Source of the DNA: Chloroflexota bacterium
GTDB taxonomy: Bacteria; Chloroflexota; Limnocylindria; Limnocylindrales; CSP1-4
DNA: 44,429 nucleotides
Assembly (NCBI GenBank): GCA_016200675.1
Contig: JACQEH010000058.1
Location: 1-44,429, forward strand
Direction of reading: 5' to 3'
In this document: positions 33,959 to 42,557 of the stretch, piece by piece
Layout of the letters: each line of letters opens with the position of its first letter
Position numbering within the stretch: the first letter of the stretch is position 1
Notes under the pieces: generated by a model
Database searches by the model: none
The model's input: only the letters and a program-made list of their open reading frames with translations
What the model was told of the DNA's origin: nothing
Position numbers and translations under genes: made by a program

Positions 33959-36103
33959 TCAGTACTGGAAGAGCAGTTCGCGATACTTCGGCAGCGGCCA
34001 GAGCTCGTCGGAGACGACCGTCTCCAGCTCGTCGGCAACCTCGCGAAGGGCGGCCTGGGCCGGGATCACGTGGTGGGCGAAGGCCCGCGCCTCGGCGTGG
34101 ACGGAGCCCGCCGCGTGGGCGGCATGCTGGGCATGCTCGAGGGCGTCGATCGCGGCGACGAGCCCGTCGACGAGGCCGCCGACGCGGGCGGCAACCGCCG
34201 CGACCCCCTTCGACCCACCCGCACTCCCCAACTCCCCGAGGTATTGCACCGCCGCCGGCAGGATGAGCGTCCGGGCGATGTCCAGGGCGCAGCTCGCCTC
34301 GATGTTCGAGACCTTGACGTAGTGCTCCCAGGCGATCTCGGCCCGGGCCCCGAGCTCGCGCTCGGAGAGGACCCCGAACGACGAGAAGAGCCGCTTCGCC
34401 TTCGCCGTCTCGAGCGCCGGCAGCGCGTCGACGGTCGTCCGATTGTTCGGCAGGCCTCGCTTGGCCGCCTCGGCGTGCCACTCCTCGGAGTAGCCGTTGC
34501 CCTCGAAGAGGACCTGCTTGTTCTCCCGAACCGTCTTCGACAGGATCTTCGTGAGGCCTTCGAAGTCGCCCGGCTCCAGGCCCTCGAGGGCGTCGGCGAG
34601 CTCCTTGAGGGACTCGGCGACGGCGACGTTGAGGACCGTCTGGGGCCAGTAGATGGGGGCTGACGAGCCGACCGCCCGGAACTCGAACTTGGTGCCGGTG
34701 AAGGCGAATGGGGAGGTCCGGTTGCGGTCCGTGGCGTCCATCGAGAGGGCCGGCAGGGAGGTGACCCCCAGCTCCAGCGAGCCGCTCTTCTTCGACGCCG
34801 ACGCGCCGCCCTTCGCCAGCTGGTCGATGACGTCCTCGAGCTGCGAGCCGAGGAAGATCGAGACGATCGCGGGCGGCGCCTCGTTCGCTCCCAGGCGGTG
34901 GTCGTTGCCGGCGTCGGCAATCGACGCCCGGAGGAGGTCGGCGTGGACGTTGACGCCCTGGATGACCGACACCAGGAAGGCCAGGAACTGGGCGTTCTCA
35001 TGGGGGTCGTTGCCCGGGTCGAGCAGGTTCTCCCCGTCGTCGGTGGCCATCGACCAGTTGTTGTGCTTGCCCGAGCCGTTGATGCCGGCAAAGGGCTTTT
35101 CGTGGACGAGGAAGGCGAGGCCATGCTGGGGGGCGAGGCGCCGCATCGTGGCCAGGACGACCATGTTGTGGTCCGATCCGACCGACGTCGGCTCGTAGAC
35201 GGGCGCCATCTCGAACTGGCCCGGTGCCACCTCGTTATGTCGAGTCCGGGCCGGGATGCCGAGGCGCCACAGCTCCCGGTCCAGATCCATCATGAAGGCC
35301 AGGATCCGGGGCCGGATGGAGCCGAAGTACTGGTCCTCCAGCTCCTGGCCCTTCGGGGACGGGGCGCCGAACAAGGTCCGGCCGGTGAGGACGAGGTCGG
35401 GCCGCTGCTCGGCCAGGCGCCGATCGACGAGGAAGTACTCCTGCTCCGGGCCGATGTTCGTGAAGACCCGCCGCGTGGCGGTGTTGCCGAACCAGCGCAG
35501 GACGCGGAGGGCCTGCTTGCCGACGGCCTCCTGCGACCGGAGGAGCGGGATCTTGTGGTCGAGAGCCTCGCCGGTGAAGGAGACGTAGGCCGTCGGGATG
35601 GTCAGCGTGACGCCGTTCGGCTCGACCTGGAGGAAGATCGGGCTGGTGACGTCCCAGGCGGTGTAGCCGCGGGCCTCGAAGGTGGCCCGAATGCCGCACG
35701 ACGGGAAGGAGCTCGCGTCCGGCTCCCCCTGGAGCAGGTTCCGGCCCGAGAACTCGGCGATGGTCCGGCCGTCGCCGAGGGGCGTCAGGAAGGAGTCGTG
35801 CTTCTCGGCCGTGGAGCCGGTCATGGGCACGAACCAGTGGGTGAAGTGGGTCGCGCCGTGGGCGAGGGCCCACTCCTTGACCCCGTGGGCTACCGCGTCG
35901 GCAATGATCGGATCGAAGGGCTCCAGCCCATCGATCGTCCGGCGCAGGCGGTGGAAGACCGGCTTGGCGAGGTACTGCCGCTGGGCCACCTCGTGGAAGA
36001 CGTACTGGCCGTAGATATCGGCGCCGGCGACCTCCAGGTACTCCTGGGTCGAGGCAACGCGATGGTTGGCGATCGTCTCGATGGCGCTGCGACGAGCTGT
36101 CAT
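33959..36103 (-). CDS. glnN: Glutamine synthetase type III
   Basis: ATG at 36103 preceded by AGGAGAG. 714 aa. GSIII-like features: FTHWFVPMTGSTAEKHDSF, GPEQEYFLVD, HNEVAPGQFEMAP, HEKPFAGINGSGKHNNWS, NRTSPFAFTGTKFEFRAVGSS. Confidence 0.9.
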   Translation of the reverse strand: MTARRSAIETIANHRVASTQEYLEVAGADIYGQYVFHEVAQRQYLAKPVFHRLRRTIDGLEPFDPIIADAVAHGVKEWALAHGATHFTHWFVPMTGSTAEKHDSFLTPLGDGRTIAEFSGRNLLQGEPDASSFPSCGIRATFEARGYTAWDVTSPIFLQVEPNGVTLTIPTAYVSFTGEALDHKIPLLRSQEAVGKQALRVLRWFGNTATRRVFTNIGPEQEYFLVDRRLAEQRPDLVLTGRTLFGAPSPKGQELEDQYFGSIRPRILAFMMDLDRELWRLGIPARTRHNEVAPGQFEMAPVYEPTSVGSDHNMVVLATMRRLAPQHGLAFLVHEKPFAGINGSGKHNNWSMATDDGENLLDPGNDPHENAQFLAFLVSVIQGVNVHADLLRASIADAGNDHRLGANEAPPAIVSIFLGSQLEDVIDQLAKGGASASKKSGSLELGVTSLPALSMDATDRNRTSPFAFTGTKFEFRAVGSSAPIYWPQTVLNVAVAESLKELADALEGLEPGDFEGLTKILSKTVRENKQVLFEGNGYSEEWHAEAAKRGLPNNRTTVDALPALETAKAKRLFSSFGVLSERELGARAEIAWEHYVKVSNIEASCALDIARTLILPAAVQYLGELGSAGGSKGVAAVAARVGGLVDGLVAAIDALEHAQHAAHAAGSVHAEARAFAHHVIPAQAALREVADELETVVSDELWPLPKYRELLFQY

Positions 36104-36278
36104 GTCTCTCCTGCCGGCGGCGGTTGGTTGGTGGGTGGGAGCGCGATCATTCGATCCTTCAGGCCTGCGTCTTGTGCCTCGCGCACGAGGTTCGTTCCAC
36201 GACGCGGGGATAAGGATGATCATATCGGACCAGGACCGCGATCGGCCGCGCTGCTGGACCCGCCGGATGGCCCTTTAC

Positions 36279-37301
36279 TTAGGCATCCTGCATAAGTCTC
36301 AAGGCCACGGCGAGGGCGAGCCGGAGATCCGGCTCCGACAGCCGCCAGCCCGTCGCCGTCTCGATGCGGCGGAGTCGATAGGCCACCGTGTTGTGGTGAA
36401 CGCCGAGCGCGGCGGCAGCCTCGTTGACGCTCCCGTGGTCGAGGAGGGCGCGGAGTGTCGCCAGGCGCTCACGGCGGACGTCGGCGCGGCCACCGAGCAG
36501 CGGGGCGAGGAGCGCCCCGGCGGCACGCTCGCCGTCGGGCAGGTTGTGCACGGCGACCAAGAGCCGATAGACCGGCAGGAGCGCCGCCCGGGCCACCGGT
36601 GGCGGCTCCGGCAGTGCCTCCGCGCCCTCGAGGGTGGAGCGGGCCTCGGCTTCCGCGGCGGGCCGCTCCGCGGCGGCGGAGAACGGGCGCGAGATGGCCA
36701 CGGGCCGGTCGAGGAAGGTGGCCAGCCGGTCGGCCACGACGAGTCCCTCGGGGTCCGGGCCCGCAGCCGGCCCGGTCGCGGGGTCGACGGCGAGAACGAC
36801 CCGGATCTCCAGCGAGTCGGCGTCCCCTCGGAGTGCCAGCCGGCGCGCCGGCGCGAGGAGCCGCAGCTCGTGTCGGATCGCGTCGCGGCGCTCGCGGGCA
36901 CCGGCGGCGTCGCCTTCGCCGGCCACCCGCTGGCGGGCCAGGAGGACGACCCATGGCGGTCCGGCCGGCGGCAGCGTCTCGCTCCGGCGCGCCTGGTCCA
37001 TCGCCCGCCGAACCGCCTCGTCCCGCGAGAGCTCGAGGGCGAGCAGACCGGCGATGCGCCCGACGCTCGCTCGTTCCAGCTCCCCGACCGGCCGCTCCCC
37101 GAGCAGGGCCAGGCTCCCGGCACGGCCACCGGGCGCAGGAAGCGGCACGCGGAGCGCCACCGCCTGGCGTGGACGGGCGTGGTAGCGGGCGACCGCCGCG
37201 GCGGCCTCCGGCAGCTCAGGTGGGGCGTGCACGGCAAGCGCGTCGCCCCGACGGCCCTCGAGGGCCACGGCCCGCCCGAGGAAGGTGGCGATTGCGCCCA
37301 C
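36279..37301 (-). CDS. PucR-family transcriptional regulator (C-terminal HTH part); coding evidently extends upstream without a start codon
   Basis: The C-terminus RRERLATLRALLDHGSVNEAAAALGVHHNTVAYRLRRIETATGW is the PucR_C HTH. The same frame stays coding-like upstream of 37301 (DPIGLERSIIGFLVTQGAELDRQAALLEARLERLALEGG) but contains no ATG, GTG or TTG. Confidence 0.7.
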   Translation of the reverse strand: MGAIATFLGRAVALEGRRGDALAVHAPPELPEAAAAVARYHARPRQAVALRVPLPAPGGRAGSLALLGERPVGELERASVGRIAGLLALELSRDEAVRRAMDQARRSETLPPAGPPWVVLLARQRVAGEGDAAGARERRDAIRHELRLLAPARRLALRGDADSLEIRVVLAVDPATGPAAGPDPEGLVVADRLATFLDRPVAISRPFSAAAERPAAEAEARSTLEGAEALPEPPPVARAALLPVYRLLVAVHNLPDGERAAGALLAPLLGGRADVRRERLATLRALLDHGSVNEAAAALGVHHNTVAYRLRRIETATGWRLSEPDLRLALAVALRLMQDA

Positions 37302-37338
37302 CAGAGCGACGGGGCCGCCGCCCTCGAGCGCCAGGCGC

Positions 37339-37716
37339 TCAAGACGCGCCTCCAGGAGGGCGGCCTGGCGATCCAGCTCGGCGCCCTGGGTGACGAGGAA
37401 GCCGATGATGCTGCGCTCGAGCCCGATCGGGTCCGCCCGCCCTGGAGGCCGCGGGCGGACACTGGTCGGCGGCGGCTCCGGCGGCCGAACCCGGTCCGGC
37501 GGCCGCGGCCTGGGCGACCACGAGGTCGTCGACGAGCTGACCGAACTCGCTGTCGAAGTCGACGCAGTCCGAGGCCATGCCCTGCTCGAGCAGCCCCGGC
37601 GCGCAGGAGGCGTTGTTGCGGACGAGGAGGAGGCCGGGCGTTCCGCTCGGCTGGACCGTCAGGGTGTCGCTTTCGGCGGGGGATCCCGCCGACCGGTCGG
37701 CGGTCAGCACGGACAT
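37339..37716 (-). CDS. Upstream ORF, probably the N-terminal part of the PucR-family regulator displaced by a frameshift
   Basis: ATG at 37716. The first ~85 codons are coding-like with very high GC3 (MSVLTADRSAGSPAESDTLTVQPSGTPGLLLVRNNASCAPGLLEQGMASDCVDFDSEFGQLVDDLVVAQ). The frame then degenerates into Arg/Pro shadow at the point where the other frame becomes coding (about 37440-37480). Confidence 0.45.
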   Translation of the reverse strand: MSVLTADRSAGSPAESDTLTVQPSGTPGLLLVRNNASCAPGLLEQGMASDCVDFDSEFGQLVDDLVVAQAAAAGPGSAAGAAADQCPPAASRAGGPDRARAQHHRLPRHPGRRAGSPGRPPGGAS

Positions 37717-37805
37717 GGAAGCCCGCCGGTCAGGGGAGGCTCGATGCGATGGTCCCGCCCACGGCGACCTCGCCCGGGTCGTACGCCCTGTCCATGGGCG
37801 GGATG

Positions 37806-39062
37806 CTACACCGACCGGCTGCCCTGACCCGCGACGGCCACCGGCCGCGATTCGGAGGCCTCCGATGCCGGGCCGGCGACGCGGTTCCGGCCGGCCCGCT
37901 TGCTGGCGTACATCGCCTGGTCGGCGCTGATCATGAGATCGTCGACGGACTGGCCGTCATGCGGATAGGAAACGACCCCGACCGAGACGGTCGGCGACCG
38001 GTCCAGGCCGGGGAGCGCGATCGCGGCGACGTTGAGCCGGATCTTCTCGGCGACCACCCAACCACCGGTCGGGTCGGTCTCGGGAAGGAGGGCCACGAAC
38101 TCGTCGCCGCCGTGGCGGGCCGCGACGTCGATCCGCCGGACGCCGCCCTTGATCGTCTCGGCCACGGCGCGCAGGACCATGTCCCCGGCGTGGTGGCCAT
38201 GCCGGTCGTTGATCGCCTTGAGCTCGTCGAGATCGAGCATCAGGAGGCAGAAGCCGCGGCCGGAACGGGCGCTGCGAGCCATCTCCCGATCGAGGGCCGC
38301 AAAGAAGAAGGTCCGGTTGAAGAGCGTCGTCAGGGAATCGACGGCACTCAGGCGGATGGCGGCGTCTCGGGACCGGCGCTGCTCGCGACCGATGACGGAC
38401 CCAACGTAGGCAAGGAGCATGAGGGCCGTCAGGTTCACTCCGACGGTGGCCAGCCCGAGCCCCGACGGCGCGCTCGTGCCGACCGAGACGGCCACGATGT
38501 AGCCGACCGCCGCAGCGAGGGCGAGGATGAGCGTCGCCATCGGCCGGACGACGAGGGCGGCCGCCCCGACGATGAGCGGGAAGGTGAAGAAGAACGGGCT
38601 GGCATGGCCCCCCGTCAGGAGGACCAGGAACGTCGCGAAGGTGAGGGCGACGGTTCCCTCGAGGATCGAGCGGGCGGCCCCCAGCGTGGTCGGCGGCAGG
38701 AGGTCGTGGACCACCAGGACGAACGCCCCGGCAACGCCCAGGAGGACGAAGATCGCCGGCGTGGTATCAGGCCACAGGCCGCTGGTGCCGACGATCACGG
38801 CCGTCGAAAGCAGGAAGACCCAGGAGACGATGCGGACGATCCGGTCGTAGGCGGTCGGCTCGTCCTCGGCGTTACCGATGAGGCCGCCGATCAGGCGCCC
38901 GGCGTCGATGCCGTCGAGGCCCGGGGCGTCGGGATCGGGTCGGTCATCCGAGGCCAGGGGGCTCCGGCGGCCCAGGATCGGGGGCACGACGATGGCAGCC
39001 ATCACGGCGAGGTTGATGACGATCGCGACCGCAATCACGGCGAGGGCCGCCCCCGTCGGCAT
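37806..39062 (-). CDS. Membrane-anchored diguanylate cyclase (GGDEF domain, I-site present)
   Basis: About 6 TM segments, then DSLTTLFNRTFF...LLMLDLDELKAINDRHGHHAGD...RRIDVAARHGGDEFVALL...SVGVV...ADQAMYASKRAGRN. Confidence 0.9.
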   Translation of the reverse strand: MPTGAALAVIAVAIVINLAVMAAIVVPPILGRRSPLASDDRPDPDAPGLDGIDAGRLIGGLIGNAEDEPTAYDRIVRIVSWVFLLSTAVIVGTSGLWPDTTPAIFVLLGVAGAFVLVVHDLLPPTTLGAARSILEGTVALTFATFLVLLTGGHASPFFFTFPLIVGAAALVVRPMATLILALAAAVGYIVAVSVGTSAPSGLGLATVGVNLTALMLLAYVGSVIGREQRRSRDAAIRLSAVDSLTTLFNRTFFFAALDREMARSARSGRGFCLLMLDLDELKAINDRHGHHAGDMVLRAVAETIKGGVRRIDVAARHGGDEFVALLPETDPTGGWVVAEKIRLNVAAIALPGLDRSPTVSVGVVSYPHDGQSVDDLMISADQAMYASKRAGRNRVAGPASEASESRPVAVAGQGSRSV

Positions 39063-39064
39063 CG

Positions 39065-39544
39065 TCAGCGGGTCCCGAACTGGTACGTCTGCTTGACGAG
39101 CCGGAGATACGTGAACGTCTCCGTGTCACGGACGCCCTCGATGGCCTGGAGGCGCTCCGTCAGGAAGCTGAGGAGTCCTTCGTTGTCCTCGGAGACCGTC
39201 TCGATGAGGATGTCGTAGCGGCCCGTCGTGACGACGACGTAGTCGACCTCGGGCAGCGTGGCGAGGGCCTCGGCGACGGCCACCAGGCGTCCGGGCTCGC
39301 AGCGGATCCCGATGAGGGCCTGCTGGAAGCCGAGCTTGCCCGGGTCGGCGACCCCGACGACCTGGAGGATGCCGCGCTCGATGAGCCGATTCGTCCGCGC
39401 CCGGACCGCCGCCTCGGACACGCCGAGCTCGGTGGCGATCTGGGTGAAGGGCCGCCGGCCATCCGCCTGGAGATGCTCGATGATCCGCTTGTCGAGCAGC
39501 GAGAGCTCGTCCTGGCGCCCGTTCGCGCTACGGACCTTGGGCAT
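39065..39544 (-). CDS. Lrp/AsnC-family transcriptional regulator
   Basis: ATG at 39544 preceded by GGAGGAG. LDKRIIEHLQADGRRPFTQIATELGVSEAAVRARTNRLIERGIL plus a C-terminal RAM/AsnC_trans_reg domain. The stop lies 2 nt before the GGDEF start. Confidence 0.9.
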   Translation of the reverse strand: MPKVRSANGRQDELSLLDKRIIEHLQADGRRPFTQIATELGVSEAAVRARTNRLIERGILQVVGVADPGKLGFQQALIGIRCEPGRLVAVAEALATLPEVDYVVVTTGRYDILIETVSEDNEGLLSFLTERLQAIEGVRDTETFTYLRLVKQTYQFGTR

Positions 39545-39694
39545 CGTCTCCTCCGGGCGCGTCGCGCCCTGCACCGCGTATTCCACCACGCCCGATTCGG
39601 AAAGGCCAGCGCACCGGTGCCTGCGAGCACCCCGAACCGCCGGCTGTGGCTCGCGCCGAACGTCGCGACGACGCTCGGCCCGCCCCGAACACCG

Positions 39695-40651
39695 TCAGCC
39701 GCGGTCGAGGACCTCCAGGACCGCCGCGAACTCCTCGAGCGATGCCAGGCTGATCGGATCGAGGACCAGCTGGACCTCTCCGATGCCCTGTGCAGCATAG
39801 GCCCGCAGCTCGCCGGCCACCACCTCGGGCTTGCCCGCCAGCGGCGCGAGCGCCGGTCGAGCGAGGTCGCCCTGGACGCGGCCCGTGCCGCCGGTCAGTC
39901 GGACCTGGACGGCGACCGTCCGCTCGATCGCGGCCGGGTCGCGGCCGACCTCGCGGGCGATGCCGTCCACCAGCTCCCGCAGCGCTGGCACGCCGTCCGG
40001 GCTGTTCGCGGTGTCGGCGAACCAGACGTTCCAGGCGTCGACGTGGGGAAGGGTGATCCGGAGCATCCGCTCGCCGCGGCTGCCGACCAGCAGCGGCGGG
40101 CCGCCGGGCCGCGCCGGCCGTGGCAGGAGCTCGCAGTCGCGGGCCCGGTAGTACCGCCCGTCGAAGTCGATGCGGCCTTCGCGGAGGAGGGTCCGGATGA
40201 TCGTGAAGGCCTCCTCGAAGCGATCGATCCGGTGGTCGAAGGGGAACCCGAAGGCCCGGAACTCGGACTCGTTCCAGCCCGCCCCGAGGCCCAGGACCAG
40301 GCGGCCGCCGCTCACCTCGTCGACCGTGACGGCCATCTTGGCCAGCATCGCCGGGGCGTGGAAGGCCGTCGAGGCGACGAGCGGCCCGAGGCGGATCCGG
40401 GATGTCGATGCCGCGATCGCCGAGAGGAGGGTCCAGACCTCCCACGGTCCGCGCGCCGAGCCATCGGCGAAGCGATACAGGAGGTGGTCGCCGACCCAGA
40501 TCGTGTCGTAGCCCAGCTCCTCCGCTCGGCGGGCCATGGCCACGTACTCCGGCCAGCAGACCTCGCGCTCGACCTCGGGCAGCTGGACGCCCACCCGCAG
40601 GGGCCGCCGGGAGTTGACGGGAGGGACGTGCATCACCGGTCGTTCGGCCAT
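39695..40651 (-). CDS. Luciferase-like monooxygenase (LLM) family oxidoreductase, probably F420-dependent class
   Basis: ATG at 40651; the first 63 codons of the track ORF are the antisense of the tRNA. LRVGVQLPEVE...AEELGYDTIWVGDHLL...GRLVLGLGAGWNESEFRAFGFPF...RFEEA... Confidence 0.85.
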   Translation of the reverse strand: MAERPVMHVPPVNSRRPLRVGVQLPEVEREVCWPEYVAMARRAEELGYDTIWVGDHLLYRFADGSARGPWEVWTLLSAIAASTSRIRLGPLVASTAFHAPAMLAKMAVTVDEVSGGRLVLGLGAGWNESEFRAFGFPFDHRIDRFEEAFTIIRTLLREGRIDFDGRYYRARDCELLPRPARPGGPPLLVGSRGERMLRITLPHVDAWNVWFADTANSPDGVPALRELVDGIAREVGRDPAAIERTVAVQVRLTGGTGRVQGDLARPALAPLAGKPEVVAGELRAYAAQGIGEVQLVLDPISLASLEEFAAVLEVLDRG

Positions 40652-40730
40652 CGGCCGAACCGTAGCAGGACGCGACGGCGAGGAGCCGGGGTGTCGACAT
40701 CCCGGCAGGACGGCGGTGGCCGGCAGGAGT

Positions 40731-40807
40731 TGGTCGGGGCGGAGGGATTCGAACCCACGACCTCGTGCTCCCAAAGCACGCGCGCTACCAAACTGCGCCA
40801 CGCCCCG
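40731..40807 (-). tRNA. tRNA-Pro (anticodon UGG), CCA encoded
   Basis: Reverse complement: CGGGGCGTGGCGCAGTTTGGTAGCGCGCGTGCTTTGGGAGCACGAGGTCGTGGGTTCGAATCCCTCCGCCCCGACCA. Anticodon loop TTTGGGA. There is one U-U mismatch in the T stem. 77 nt. Confidence 0.85.
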
Positions 40808-40958
40808 ATCGATGCGTCCGGCGAGGACGATACCCGACATTCTGCGCGCCCGGCCGCCGGGAGCATGAACCGGTCCGTCGGCACGACGTCATGACCTTCG
40901 ACGCCGGGGGGGGTGGCAGGCGGGGCACTCCGCCCGGCGTCATCACCTCCGGCCGGCC

Positions 40959-41017
40959 GACCGCACAAGACCGCACGAGACAAGACCGCACTTGACAACC
41001 GCCGAGGCTGGTAGACT
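40959..41017 (+). promoter_or_regulatory. Three direct repeats of GACCGCAC abutting a TTGACA / TGG-TAGACT promoter-like element upstream of the LCP gene
   Basis: GACCGCAC at 40959, 40969 and 40984; the last two copies are the exact 10-mer AAGACCGCAC. TTGACA at 40992-97, and TAGACT at 41012-17 preceded by TGG (extended -10-like). The spacer is only 14 nt. Confidence 0.4.
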
Positions 41018-41194
41018 CCCCGCGGACGGTAGTGCCCGACCGGCCGTACGAACGAACTCAGGGAGTCTCGAACGCACGTGCACGCACGTCGGGTGCGGCA
41101 GCCGGGTGGCGACACCCGCGCCGACCGTCGCCCAGTCCGCACCGTGAGCGTCGACGGCCGCCGTCGTGCTCCCGCCCGAGCCACCGCGAGCGGT

Positions 41195-42547
41195 ATGGAT
41201 GAGGCGCGCCCGGACCTCTTCGCGCCAGATGACGTCCGTTGGCTCGTCGCCGCCGCCGGATCGGCGGTCATCCCCGGGCTGGGCCAGCTGATCAACGGCC
41301 GCCTCCGCCTGGCCAAGTGGTTCGGCGTTCCGGCCCTGATCCTCCTCGCCTTCGTCGCCCTGCGCGTCGCGACCAGCTCCCCGGCGCGGCTCTTCGCCTC
41401 CGTCATCTCGCCGACGGTCCTGGGTCTCCTGCTCGCCCTCAACGTCGTCGTCCTGGCGTGGCGCCTCGCCGCGGTTGCCCACGCCTTCTTCGATGGGCGC
41501 TACCAGCCGCGCTCGGGCCGGGGCGGCGCGGCGGGCCTCGCCCTGATCCTCGTCGCCGTGGTCGTCCCGCACGGCCTGGCGAACACCCTCGGATCGTCGG
41601 CCCAGGCAGCCTTCAGCAACGTCTTCGCTTCGGGCCAGAGCACCGGCCCGGGGCCCGTGGCGGCATCGACCTCCGGCGGGCCGGGCTCGAATGACCGCCT
41701 GAACATCCTGGTGACCGGGGTCGACAGCTTCCCCGGACGGACCGAGACCCTGACCGATTCGCTGATGGTCGTGTCCGTCGACCCGGTCGGCAAGACCGTC
41801 TCGATGATCTCCCTGCCGCGCGACATCATCAAGGTCCCGCTCGGCAACGGGAACACCTTTGGACCGAAGATCAACTCCCTCATGTCGTACGCGGATCGCC
41901 ACCCCGACCAGTTCCCGCAGGGCGGCATGCGCGCCCTCGAGGACGCCATCGGGACGATGCTCGGGATCCGGATCCACTACTACGCGCGGATCGACTTCCT
42001 GGGCTTCGTGAAACTCGTCGACAGCGTCGGCGGCGTCGACATCGACGTCAAGCGGGCCTTCGACGATCCCAAGTACGACGGTCTGGGCATCAACCCCCCG
42101 AACGTCTTCGGGTTTGCCGTCACGGCCGGTCCCCATCACTTCAACGGCTACGAGGCCCTCGCCTACGCGCGCTCCCGCTATGCCATCGGTGAGAGCGACT
42201 TCACGCGGGCCGGCCGGCAGCAGGAGATCCTCATCGCGCTCAAGGCGCGGCTCCTGTCCGACGGCAGCCTCATCACGCGCCTGCCGCAGCTCCTCGACGC
42301 CTTCGGGGCGCTGGTCCGGACGGACATCCCGACCGATCGCCTGCCGGACCTGGCAGCCATGGCCGACGAGCTGTCGTCGGGCTCGATCTACCGGATGGTC
42401 CTCGGCCACCCCCTGGTCAAGCCCGGCAACGACCCAACGCTCGGGTCGATCCAGGTCCCCGACCTGCCGGCCATCCGGGCCGCCGTCGCGGCGATCCTTC
42501 CCGCCCCGGGCAAGACTCCCGTCGCCTGGACCGCGCCCGCGCCTTGA
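41195..42547 (+). CDS. LCP (LytR-CpsA-Psr) family cell-envelope phosphotransferase
   Basis: ATG at 41195, with an alternative GTG at 41078 whose extension has lower GC3. It has TM segments followed by the LCP core NILVTGVDS...TDSLMVVSVDP...SLPRDI...KINS....GIRIHYYARIDFLGFVKLVDSVGGVDIDV. Confidence 0.85.
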   Translation: MDEARPDLFAPDDVRWLVAAAGSAVIPGLGQLINGRLRLAKWFGVPALILLAFVALRVATSSPARLFASVISPTVLGLLLALNVVVLAWRLAAVAHAFFDGRYQPRSGRGGAAGLALILVAVVVPHGLANTLGSSAQAAFSNVFASGQSTGPGPVAASTSGGPGSNDRLNILVTGVDSFPGRTETLTDSLMVVSVDPVGKTVSMISLPRDIIKVPLGNGNTFGPKINSLMSYADRHPDQFPQGGMRALEDAIGTMLGIRIHYYARIDFLGFVKLVDSVGGVDIDVKRAFDDPKYDGLGINPPNVFGFAVTAGPHHFNGYEALAYARSRYAIGESDFTRAGRQQEILIALKARLLSDGSLITRLPQLLDAFGALVRTDIPTDRLPDLAAMADELSSGSIYRMVLGHPLVKPGNDPTLGSIQVPDLPAIRAAVAAILPAPGKTPVAWTAPAP

Positions 42548-42557
42548 CGGGACGGGC

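Noticed and set aside
36066-39218. 1050-aa plus-strand ORF spanning the PucR/GGDEF/Lrp region
   Set aside because: It lies antisense to three minus-strand genes with clear domain signatures. Its translation is Arg/Gly/Pro/Asp-rich with no motifs.
30101-40730. The interval between the two tRNA-Pro genes as a genomic island
   Set aside because: The content is housekeeping and regulatory (glnA, glnN, MFS, Lrp). Beyond the conserved tRNA arms, the two tRNA genes share no repeat that would mark island ends, and there are no mobility genes. Only the short segment left of tRNA-Pro(CGG) shows insertion signatures.
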